Shown here: positions 52,222-64,000 of the stretch, in pieces
How positions within the stretch are numbered: position 1 is the first letter of the stretch
Layout: every line of letters begins with the position of its first letter
NCBI GenBank assembly: GCA_030141605.1
Contig: JAQGDQ010000647.1
Span: forward strand, 55,595 to 119,594
From: Tubiluchus corallicola
Lineage: Eukaryota; Animalia; Priapulida
Length of the DNA stretch: 64,000 nucleotides
Direction of reading: 5' to 3'
The notes under the pieces: model-generated
What the model was told of the DNA's origin: nothing
Databases searched by the model: none
Seen by the model: the letters and a program-made list of their open reading frames with translations, nothing else
Translations under genes and position numbers: made by a program

Positions 52222-53671
52222 TGGTGCGTTCACACTAGAAAGTTCTCTCACAAGTTCTTGCGAAAGTTCTGACTCGCGAGTGTGAACGGCTTTGCAAGTT
52301 CTCTCTGGGAGTAAGTTCGCGAGTGTGAATGGCTTTCCAAGTTCTCTCTGGGAGTAAACTCGCGAGTGTGAACGGCTTTGCAAGTTCTCTCTGGGAGTAA
52401 GTTCGCAAATGTGAACGGCTTTGCAAGTTCTCTCTGGGAGTAAGTTCGCAAATGTGAACGCCTTTGCAAGTTCTCTCTGGGAGTAAGTTCGCGAGTGTGA
52501 ATGACTTTCCAAGTTCTCTCTGGGAGTAAACTCGTGAGTGTGAACGGCTTTGCAAGTTCTCTCTGGGAGTAAGTTCGCAAATGTGAACGGCTTTGCAAGT
52601 TCTCTCTGGGAGTAAGTTCGCAAATGTGAACGGCTTTGCAAGTTCTCTCTGGGAGTAAGTTCGCAAATGTGAACGGCTTTGCAAGTTCTCTCTGAGAGTA
52701 AGTTCGCAAGTGTGAATGGCTTTGCAGGTTCTCTCTGGGAGTAAGCTCACGAGTGTGAACGGCTCTGCAAGTTCTCTCTGGGAGTAAGCTCGCGAGTGTG
52801 AACGGCTTTGCAAGTTCTCTCTGGGAGTAAACTCTCAAGTGTGAACGGCTTTGCGAGTTCTCTCTGGGAGTAAGCTCGCGAGTGTGAACGGCTTTGCAAG
52901 TTCTCTCTGGGAGTAAGTTCGCAAGTGTGAACGGCTTTGCAAGTTCTCTCTGGGAGTAAACTCTCAAGTGTGAACGGCTTTGCGAGTTCTCTCTGGGAGT
53001 AAACTCGCGAGTGTGAACGGCTTTGCAAGTTCTCTCTGGGAGTAAGTTCGCAAGTGTGAACGACTTTGCAAGTTCTCTCTGGGAGTAAGCTCTCAAGTGT
53101 GAACGGCTTTGCGAGTTCTCTCTGGGAGTAAGCCCGTGAGTGTGAACGGCTTTGCAAGTTCTCTCTGGGAGTAAGCTCGCGAGTGTGAATGCCTTTGCAA
53201 GTTCTCTCTGGGAGTAAGTTCGCAAGTGTGAACGGCTTTGCGAGTTCTCTCTGGGAGTAAATCCGCGAGTGTGAACGGCTTTGCAAGTTCTCTCTGGGAG
53301 TAAGTTCGCAAGTGTGAACGGCTTTGCGAGTTCTCTCTGGTAGTAAATCCGCGAGTGTGAACGGCTTTGCAAGTTCTCTGTGGGAGTAAATCCGCGAGTG
53401 TGAACGGCTTTGCAAGTTCTCTGTGGGAGTAAACTCACAAGCGTGAATGTCTTTGCAAGTTCTCTCTGGGAGTAAGCTCAGAAGTGTGAACGTCTTTGCA
53501 AGTTCTCTCTGGGAGTAAGCTCGCAAGTGTGAACGGCTTTGCAAGTTCTCTCACAAGTTCTTGCACAAGAACTCCCGCCAACGTGCGAGAGAACTTGCAA
53601 AGCCGTTCACACTTGCCAGTTGACTCTCATAGAGACCTTGCGAGAGACAACTCTCTAGTCTGAACGCGCCA
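52222..53671. mobile_element. PIF/Harbinger-like MITE with an internal array of about 30 x 43 bp
   Basis: TAA|TGGTGCGTTCACACTAG...CTAGTCTGAACGCGCCA|TAA. Confidence 0.82.
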
Positions 53672-54364
53672 TAAGGAACTTAAAGCAAGAGCGGAAATCT
53701 ATACGACGCGTAATTAATTGCGTGCAGCAAAAAACGCAAACACATTAGCCAATCACATGGCTGTTAAACGATGTGAACAAGCAGTGAGCATACAATGTAA
53801 CAATATGCACGCGAAGGTTACTGCACAAAGGTGCTAATGTCCACATGCAGCATTGAACATAATAAAGAGGTGTAATGCGCTCATTATCACACCTGGTGAA
53901 CATGTTTACCTACCTCATAATGGCTTCCTTTCAACAGCCGACTACCTTTCAAGGGAAATGGGAAACGAGTGAAGGATAAATCGAGATGCTAATGTAGTGA
54001 GTTGAAGAGGCAAGAATATACCGTAACGTCCGTTGACCTGATGCTGACAGAGCTATCTTGTCCATGCAGTCTTATCAAACTGCAGAAATTCTGATGCGTC
54101 AAATGTGACGTATCCTGTTACTAACGACGGCTACTAAAGGATGAAAATCAGCTGAAATGTAATTTGACCGTTGACGCAGCTTTTTCGAGATCAAAGAACC
54201 GAACCGTAAGAGCGCTGCTTCACAAGAACCTTGGTAAGAAGTGAACGGGGGGATAATTGTTTCAGCTGTGAAAAGAGAACTCCATTGTGAATTATTCTAA
54301 CCCAATTGCCAATCACTAAAATCCTGTGCACTGAAGAGAATTGATTGACGATATAACTACCTTG

Positions 54365-54612
54365 ATGTGGCTTCTCCACTCTCAAATGTGGCTTCTCCAC
54401 TATCAAAAGTTGCTTCTCCACTCTCAAATGTGGCTTCTCCACTATCAAATGTGGCTTCTCCACTATCAAACGTGGCTTCTCCACTCTCAAACGTGGCTTC
54501 TCCACTATCAAATGTGGCTTCTCCACTATCAAACGTGGCTTCTCCACTATCAAACGTGGCTTCTCCACTATCAAATGTGGCTTCTCCACTATCAAATGTG
54601 GCTTCTCCACTC
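54365..54612. repeat. 21-bp minisatellite
   Basis: AAATGTGGCTTCTCCACTATC. Confidence 0.92.
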
Positions 54613-54639
54613 ACGCGGTAGCACTCTGCGAAATTAAAC

Positions 54640-55100
54640 CGTGACAAAAGCGCATCGATTGACTGCGCCTGGCTTCTCTCTTCGCAAAAGAAACATCGCT
54701 CCTACCCGACCGGTTACACGGACCCTGGAAGCTCCAACGTCAAGAATCAAGACCACACGACAATCGGTGATTACCGCAATCAGCGAAAACGAGGCTGCCA
54801 CTTAATCGCAACCCAATTCCCCAACCCCTCCCTGCACACAATGAAATCGATCCGGAGTTGATACGGTTAATAACAACGGATACGGTTAATAACAACGGCG
54901 CGCATTCAAACGCTCACGGCCCAATCAAAGGATCACAAACGGTAAAGTTGAAGAGCCGTCGTATTGCAATCTGATGTAAGCACGCGCAACTCTCGCGAGA
55001 GCCGCGCAGTCGTTATTTTCTGCCGTTCAGTCTTTGCAGCTGCGCGGCATGTACGACAATAAAACTGTTCGAACAGAATTCGTAGCAGCGCAACTTCAGC
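54640..55100. promoter_or_regulatory. CpG-rich promoter-like patch with palindrome TCTCGCGAGA (54991-55000) and CCAAT (54921)
   Basis: Locally high CpG in unique sequence upstream of the most 5' secure arrestin exon. Confidence 0.3.
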
Positions 55101-55124
55101 TCTGAGCTAATAAGCCTTTTCACA

Positions 55125-55945
55125 GTCACGATGATTGTGAAATGGTGAAAGGTTAAGTGTACTAGACAACACTCGACAATGCCTCGCAAACCTATGCTGT
55201 TGTAATAGTAAGTTTTAACAGCTAGCTAGAACCCTATCTAGTTCATTTTCTCTTGTTACCAATTAAGATTCTGCTAGTAAATCACTCTACGCACATACTA
55301 ATGCATAACTAAGTAGACTCCACGTAAACAACTGACATTACTGAACCGATAAGGCAGACGGCCTTGCTTTACAAGCACACATCACGAGACGGCTTTACAC
55401 AGACGCGTTACTCCGGTACATGTATCCTTTGGCCTACGGCAACTGGCGCGAGCGCTCAACAAAACGGTATTATATGACACTACCACCTTTGCCAGACTTG
55501 GTGTACATGAAGCCCGTGGCGCTGCAAAGTACTCTGACATCGAAATGTACGTTGCAGGTAAAAGAAGCCAAGTTTAATCCCACGCTGGAGCTCGTCATAA
55601 TACCAAGGTATAGTTTTGAACCTCATCGCATCTTGTTTGCGCGTGTGAGCTTACAGTAGCAACAGAAGTTAGCGTCTTACAGCTGTCACGTGACGTGTGG
55701 GAAAAGCAAAGCCGTCTGCAGCCTTAATTCGGTGACTTTTGTTGTTTTAGTTGGATTTTACTCAATTATGAGGCTAGTCTGTGCGTAGGGTGATTTACTA
55801 GCAGGATTTTGCTGGGGAACAAAAAAAAGATGAATTAGGTAAACTTCTAGCTAGCTGTTAAAGGTGTTACTTTTACAACAGCATGGGCTGTGAGGCGTTG
55901 TCAAGTGTATATTTGACCTTTGACCTTCTCACCATCATTGTCAAT
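55125..55945. repeat. Long diverged inverted repeat (arms of about 250 bp); third partial arm at about 56675-56795
   Basis: TTAACAGCTAGCTAGAA...CTGCTAGTAAATCAC is mirrored by GTGATTTACTAGCAG...TTCTAGCTAGCTGTTAA. Confidence 0.65.
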
Positions 55946-56940
55946 TAATCGGCTGTTAAATATACGTATATAAGTTGATATCAGAATTATCTTGTTTTTT
56001 TATTTATTTATTATTATTATCACATTCAGTACCATGTAATGACGTTAAGCACACAGTGACATCAAAATTATTACATCTACTGTATTAAATTGTTATGTTT
56101 CATAGACTCTCGTTATCATAAAAGAATAATTGTACTGCAGTGGGCTAGAGAAGCAAAGGCTTGTATAAGCCCACTGTCATGTGAACCAGATAAAAAAGAA
56201 TGGATGAGTGAACAAAAAAGAACAGGGAGAAAGGTTGGATCACGCAGGAAGGGTAGAAGGATGTGTTAGTGGAAATGGTAGGAAGAAAGATAATAGATTG
56301 CGCCATGTTGACATTGACAATTATAAATTACTGTCAATGTTTTTCTCTTTTTCTTACATAGATAAAATTATCTAGTTTTATCTAAAAATTTTGTAAGAAA
56401 CAGACAGAAACAGAATAACTTGAAACCCATCATATCCCAAGCGCACAGAGAAAACTACCCCGTACAGCAAATCCATGAATGGCCAAGTTAATCGAAAAAC
56501 TGTGTTTGCTGACAATTTCAATTTTTCTGTGATGTTGTCTTCGCAAGCTTGAACCGTGTATACGCAAATGAACAAGCTGACACAAATGACACGATTATCG
56601 ATTACGTAACAATGTGACATGCGCAGTAGCATTAAAATATAACAAAGGAATAACAATAACACAGTTCCGGTGATTGATGATGATCGTGAAAAGGTCAAAG
56701 GTCAAGTGTACCAGACAACGCATTTGTGCACACTTGACAAAGCCTCGCAGCCCATGCTGTTGTATTAGTAACAGTTAGTAACAGACTGCTTAGCTTTACA
56801 CACATGTCACGTGACGGTTGTAGTGAAGACGCGTTGCTGTGGTACACTTAACCTTTGACCTACAGCTTGAAGACCTGTGGGAAGCAATGTCACGATTACA
56901 TATAAATAAATGACTGAATGAATGATTGACTAACTGAATG

Positions 56941-57840
56941 AATGAACAAACGAATAGTCGGACAGACGGATGGACGGGTGGACAGACAGACGGACGGATA
57001 GACAGATGGGTGGATGTATGGATGGACAGTTGAACGGGTAGACTGGTGGGTGTATAGGTAGATGGACGGAGGGATGAACAAACGAACAGCCGGACAGACG
57101 GATGGACGTGGACAGACAGACGGACGGATAGACAGATGGGTGGATGTATGGATGGACAGTTGAACGGGTAGACTGGTGGGTGTATAGGTAGATGGATGAA
57201 GGGATGAACAAACGAACAGCCGGACAGACGGACGGATAGACAGATGGGTGGATGTATGGATGGACAGTTGAACGGGTAAACTGGTGGGTGTATAGGTAGA
57301 TGGATGAAGGGATGAACAAACGAACAGCCGGACAGACGGATGCACGTGGACAGACAGACGGACGGATAGACAGATGGGTGGATGTATGGATGGACAGTTG
57401 AACGGGTAGACTGGTGGGTGTATAGGTAGATTGACGGAGGGATGAACAAACGAACAGCCGGACAGACGGATGGACGGGTGGACAGACAGACGGACGGATA
57501 GACAGATGGGTGGATGTATGGATGGACAGTTGAACGGGTAGACTGGTGGGTGTATAGGTAGATGGATGGAGGGATGAACAAACGAACAGCCGGACAGACG
57601 GATGCACGTGGACAGACAGACGGACGGATAGACAGATGGGTGGATGTATGGATGGACAGTTGAACGGGTAGACTGGTGGGTGTATAGGTAGATAGATGGA
57701 GGGATGAACAAACGAACAGCCGGACATACGGATGCACGTGGACAGACAGACGGACGGATAGACAGATGGGTGGATGTATGGATGGACAGTTGAACGGGTA
57801 GACTGGTGGGTGTATAGGTAGATGGACGGAGGGATGAATG
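56941..57840. repeat. Repeat of about 130 bp built from degenerate GGAY/AGAC tetramers
   Basis: GACAGATGGGTGGATG at 57001, 57131 and onward. Confidence 0.9.
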
Positions 57841-59234
57841 GGTGGATGGAAATATAAACTAACAAATGAACAAACGTAACTCCCTGTTCCCACAGAACCG
57901 AGAATGCCACGTCTAACGTCAAGCGAGTGACAAGCGTATGATGATGATGACAACATGAAATTACAACATGAATCAACCACATTTCAGCCGCTTATTATCA
58001 TCATCATCATCATCTACAGAATTATACAGAATTCATCAAACGCAATGAAGCCACACGTGACATACGCTGCGCGTCTTCAACCAAGGTAACAGTATCGCTA
58101 GCTGCAGTGATTCCTGTCAACAGCGCCCTCTACTGACGTCCGAGGTGGATGAAACACAGTCCACGACAGATTGGTGGATGACGACACCATGACATCAATA
58201 TTACCACAGGTGCGTTTATAAATCTAGACTGATTAAGCACAGGTAAGCACAGGTAAGCACAAACAATCCATCGTAAGTATCTTAAACATCAATTATTAGG
58301 TCCTAGCGAAGAAATTTCTTAGATTGTACATGAAGGAAGCCATACAGCTGACATTTGCGAATTGCACTGTGCTGCCATCTATTAACGAAATTGGGACATT
58401 CGGCGACAACGCCATGCGCATGCAAGTGTCAATTATGACCACGATGATGACGACGACAGTAAGTACTTTGTAAAAAATACAAACACATACATATGCAGTC
58501 GCAAAGACTCTGGTTACAAAAGTTCACAACAGACATTGCAATTACAACAAAGACGTGTTTACAAATGCGTCTTACAAAATCAAAAAAAAACACAAACGCA
58601 ATCAGTAAAATTAATAATTTTGTGAAAACTTTACCGTAAATACAAGTGAGATACAATTAAGCATCCAATACTTAAAGAAAGACTTAATGGACGGTTTTTC
58701 ATATACGATATATACATTTTCAAATCCGACCAATCTTACTGTCTTATAGTATTAAATCTATTACTATCTATGTCTATAGTTCTATCTATGTCATGAAAAC
58801 ACTATCCTCCATTAATTGGCTTCTTCTGGAAGAAAAGAAGCTGTTGAGACAATAAAAGTAGCTCTCCAGTTAGCAGTTGTATTAAGGCAGCTGAGGACGA
58901 GTTGCAGCTTCATGAGATTTTAAACGATTCGCAAAAACCAATAAAAGGGAAACTCGAGACAGATCTCTTTATGTAGGTAGGTAGAAACAGCACACGCTGC
59001 TCGTGATTATCCTTTCTTTTTCTTTTTCTTTTTTCTTCTTTTTCATTTTCTATAGCGTGCTGCCCTGTTGATAATAGATATCCGAGTTTTCAATTACCAA
59101 CTTCGGACGCAAATTAAAGGAGAAGAACAGGAAATTTTAAAGTAAAGTTTCCATACATTCCGCTCAAAATTTCAAGACAACATGCTAAACGACTCGTTTT
59201 TTCCTTTAATTTTCTTTAATTTGGTGAATGTGAT

Positions 59235-59499
59235 CAGGGCTTATTTCAGCCTAGGCGAGCCCCGGTGAAGTGGAGCGTGTGAGGCCCCATCGGGGGGGGG
59301 GGGGTAGTGCCGGGGCAGGAGCTACCGTGGTTGGCGCCCAGAACTGCTAGAACGCCGGAGAAGCATTTTCGAAGAGAAAATATGGAGTAATACAGTTGTT
59401 AAAGGAAAGAACAATTGAAAGAAAAACTGCTTTATTCTCAAGACCAGTCCTTAATGCTTGTCAATACTGGCAAACGACGCACGTGCGGCAAGAGAGAGA

Positions 59500-59587
<88 letters not shown>

Positions 59588-59739
59588 GAGAGAGAGAGAG
59601 AGGGGGAGAGAGAGGGAGAGAGAGAGAGGAGGCAGTATGTTCGCATAAAGCAAAAAAATGTTACCTTGGCGCGAGGCCCCCATGGAGGGTGAGGCCCCGG
59701 GGAAGTATCCCCACTCCCCCCCCCCTGAAAAAGGCCCTG
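59235..59739. mobile_element. hAT-like MITE containing (GA)n
   Basis: AATGTGAT|CAGGGCTTATTTCAG...CTGAAAAAGGCCCTG|AATGTGAT. Confidence 0.8.
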
Positions 59740-60410
59740 AATGTGATGTTTTCATGTCACAACCGTAAACTGGAATTTATAGACCTGTATGGCTGTAAGG
59801 CAAAACAAGAAACAGGCCACACACACAAATTAGCGAAATCTTATTAATATCAGGGCGCTAATACGATTACTTCGTGTTGCCCACATGCGACTACGATCAT
59901 AAAACCAATGCAGAGATTGCATCTTTATAGGCATATAAAGCACAGGCAGAAGATATATGAAGGCATCGCGTTGCTGGGCTTCATTAGCTGTGCTTGATCA
60001 TACATTAGAAAGCGAATAATAGATAATGTGTAAGATTCACTGGCTTCTCCGTTTGTTTGAATGCGTGTTTTTGTTTGTTTATCAGTGCGTTTTCTCTCTG
60101 TTTATTGTTTACTTTCCTGTTATTCGTCTGTTTAATTCTGTTATTTTTTTTGCTTTCTTGTTTCCAGCCATTGATTTAGTTAACTAAAATGCAGCTCGTT
60201 TACTTTAGCTCCTCAAACAATATACTCAAGTGTGCTTGCATAGCAAAATCGTCCATAAGTCAGCTATTAAGCTCTTCTAAATATTCACATATCCTGAATC
60301 CATTTCACGAGGATCATTTTGATACCAAGCTCGTCGCTCTATGTTATTTCTAAGCTGAGATAATCTACATTGAAGTTGAGGTGCAGGCTGCGCACAGAAA
60401 AACATAATCT

Positions 60411-63400
60411 TGGTAAGCACTACTTCATTCCTGCATCTCTAACTAGTTACCGAAATAAAAAAAACTGAATTGAAGTGAACAACCTGGTCACCGTCATGGT
60501 AAGCACTACTTCATTCCTGCATCTCTAACTAGTTACCGAAATAAAAAAAACTGAATTGAACTGAACAACCTGTTCACCGTCATGGTAAGCACTATTTCAT
60601 TCCTGCATCTCTAACTAGTTACCGAAATAAAAAAAACTGAATTGAACTGAACAACCTGCTCACCGTTATGGTAAGCACTACTTCATTCCTGCATCTCTAA
60701 CTAGTTACCAAAACAAAAACTGAATTGAACTGAACAACCTGCTCACCGTTATGGTAAGCACTATTTCATTCCTGCATCTCTAACTAGTTACCAAAACAAA
60801 AACAGAATTGAACCGAACAACCTGGTCACCGTCATGGTAAGCACTACTTCATTCCTGCATCTCTAACTAGTTACTGAAATAAAAACAACTGAATTGAACT
60901 GAACAACCTGTTCACCGTCATGGTAAGCACTACTTCATTCCTGCATCTCTAACTAGTTACCGAAATAAAAACTTGAATTGAACTGAACAACCTGGTCACC
61001 GTCATGGTAAGCACTATTTCATTCCTGCATCTCTAACTAGTTACCGAAATAAAAACTTGAATTGAACTGAACAACCTGGTCACCGTCATGGTAAGCACTA
61101 TTTCATTCCTGCATCTCTAACTTGTTACCGAAATAAAAACTTGAATTGAACTGAACAACCTGTTCACCGTTATGGTAAGCACTACTTCATTCCTGCATCT
61201 CTAACTAGTTACCGAAATAAAAACTTGAATTGAACTGAACAACGTGTTCACCGTCATGGTAAGCACTATTTCATTCCTGCATCTGTAACTAGTTACTGAA
61301 ATAAAAAAACTTGAATTGAACTGAACAACGTGCTCACCGTTATGGTAAGCACTACTTCATTCCTGCATCTCTAACTACTTACCGAAATAAAAACTTGAAC
61401 TGAACTGAACAACGTGCTCACCGTTATGGTAAGCACTACTTCATTCCTGCATCTCTAACTAGTTACTAAAATAAAAACTTGAACTGAACTGAACAACCTG
61501 TTCACCGTTATGGTAAGCACTATTTCATTCCTGCATCTCTAACTAGTTACCGAAATAAAAACTTGAATTGAACTGAACAACCTGTTCACCGTCATGGTAA
61601 GCACTATTTCATTCCTGCATCTCTAACTTGTTACCGAAATAAAAACTTGAATTGAACTGAACAACCTGTTCACCGTTATGGTAAGCACTACTTCATTCCT
61701 GCATCTCTAACTAGTTACCGAAATAAAAACTTGAATTGAACTGAACAACGTGTTCACCGTCATGGTAAGCACTATTTCATTCCTGCATCTGTAACTAGTT
61801 ACTGAAATAAAAAAACTTGAATTGAACTGAACAACGTGCTCACCGTTATGGTAAGCACTACTTCATTCCTGCATCTGTAACTACTTACCGAAATAAAAAC
61901 TTGAACTGAACTGAACAACGTGCTCACCGTTATGGTAAGCACTACTTCATTCCTGCATCTCTAACTAGTTACTAAAATAAAAACTTGAACTGAACTGAAC
62001 AACCTGTTCACCGTTATGGTAAGCACTATTTCATTCCTGCATCTCTAACTAGTTACCGAAATAAAAACTTGAATTGAACTGAACAACCTGTTCACCGTCA
62101 TGGTAAGCACTATTTCATTCCTGCATCTCTAACTTGTTACCGAAATAAAAACTTGAATTGAACTGAACAACCTGCTCACTGTCATGGTAAGCACTACTTC
62201 ATTCCTGCATCTCTAACTAGTTACCGAAATAAAAACTTGAATTGAACTGAACAACGTGTTCACCGTCATGGTAAGCACTATTTCATTCCTGCATCTGTAA
62301 CTAGTTACTGAAATAAAAAAACTTGAATTGAACTGAACAACGTGCTCACCGTTATGGTAAGCACTACTTCATTCCTGCATCTCTAACTAGTTACCGAAAT
62401 AAAAACTTGAACTGAACTGAACAACGTGCTCACCGTTATGGTAAGCACTACTTCATTCCTGCATCTCTAACTAGTTACTAAAATAAAAACTTGAACTGAA
62501 CTGAACAACCTGTTCACCGTTATGGTAAGCACTATTTCATTCCTGCATCTCTAACTAGTTACCGAAATAAAAACTTGAATTGAACTGAACAACCTGTTCA
62601 CCGTTATGGTAAGCACTACTTCATTCCTGCATCTCTAACTAGTTACTAAAATAAAAACTTGAAGTGAACTGAACAACCTGCTCACTGTCATGGTAAGCAC
62701 TATTTCATTCCTGCATCTGTAACTAGTTACCGAAATAAAAACTTGAATTGAACTGAACAACCTGTTCACCGTTATGGTAAGCACTATTTCATTCCTGCAT
62801 CTCTAACTAGATACCGAAATAATAAAAACTTGAACTGAACTGAACAACCTGTTCACCGTTATGGTAAGCACTATTTCATTCCTGCATCTCTAACTAGTTA
62901 CCGAAATAAAAACTTGAACTGAACTGAACAACCTGGTCACCGTCATGGTAAGCACTACTTCATTCCTGCATCTCTAACTAGTTACTAAAATAAAAACTTG
63001 AACTGAACTGAACAACCTGTTCACCGTTATGGTAAGCACTATTTCATTCCTGCATCTCTAACTAGTTACCGAAATAAAAACTTGAACTGAACTGAACAAC
63101 CTGGTCACCGTCATGGTAAGCACTACTTCATTCCTGCATCTCTAACTAGTTACTAAAATAAAAACTTGAACTGAACTGAACAACCTGGTCACCGTCATGG
63201 TAAGCACTATTTCATTCCTGCATCTCTAACTAGTTACCGAAATAAAAACTTGAATTGAACTGAACAACCTGTTCACCGTTATGGTAAGCACTACTTCATT
63301 CCTGCATCTCTAACTAGTTACCGAAATAAAAACTTGAACTGAACTGAACAACCTGTTCACCGTCATGGTAAGCACTACTTCATTCCTGCATCTCTAACTA

Positions 63401-64000
63401 GTTACCGAAATAAAAACTTGAACTGAACTGAACAACCTGGTCACCGTCATGGTAAGCACTACTTCATTCCTGCATCTCTAACTAGTTACCGAAATAAAAA
63501 CTTGAATTGAACTGAACAACCTGTTCACCGTTATGGTAAGCACTATTTCATTCCTGCATCTCTAACTAGTTACCGAAATAAAAACTTGAATTGAACTGAA
63601 CAACCTGCTCACCGTCATGGTAAGCACTATTTCATTCCTGCATCTGTAACTAGTTACCGAAATAAAAAAACTGAATTGAAGTGAACAACCTGCTCACCGT
63701 TATGGTAAGCACTATTTCATTCCTGCATCTGTAACTAGTTACCGAAATAAAAAAAACTGAATTGAAGTGAACAACCTGCTCACCGTCATGGTAAGCACTA
63801 CTTCATTCCTGCATCTCTAACTAGTTACCGAAATAAAAAAAACTGAATTGAAGTGAACAACCTGCTCACCGTTATGGTAAGCACTATTTCATTCCTGCAT
63901 CTGTAACTAGTTACCGAAATAAAAAAAACTGAATTGAACTGAACAACGTGCTCACCGTCATGGTAAGCACTACTTCATTCCTGGATCTCTAACTAGTTAC
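60411..64000. repeat. 84-87-bp satellite, more than 40 copies, continuing past the window end
   Basis: GGTAAGCACTAYTTCATTCCTGCATCTCTAACTAGTTACCGAAATAAAAACTTGAATTGAACTGAACAACCTGTTCACCGTYAT. Confidence 0.97.

Noticed and set aside
52132-53544. C/H-rich ORFs resembling zinc fingers
   Set aside because: Translation of a 43-bp array inside a MITE; no C2H2 spacing.

Overview
AT-rich, repeat-dense animal genomic DNA, probably a protostome/lophotrochozoan judging by the arrestin and 5S sequences, with one 169-N gap at 38354-38522. Most of the window lies in the large introns of a minus-strand beta-arrestin gene. Seven coding exons (31, 61, 143, 99, 128, 136, 85 nt) splice in frame with canonical AG/GT sites; the gene runs off the left edge and its first exon is not securely placed. 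Nested in one intron, on the same strand, is an intronless GT-A-type glycosyltransferase-like gene whose type II signal anchor sits in a different frame from its catalytic domain. The introns also hold a 5S rRNA-headed SINE-like element, a degenerate Penelope-type hammerhead ribozyme, LINE remnants (Rex-Babar, RTE, CR1-group), many non-autonomous DNA transposons (TTAA/Kolobok-like families, PIF/Harbinger, hAT, pogo/Tigger, Merlin-like) and more than 15 unrelated tandem arrays, some arising from MITEs. Almost all long ORFs in the supplied track are repeat artefacts. No CRISPR array or prokaryotic system is present.
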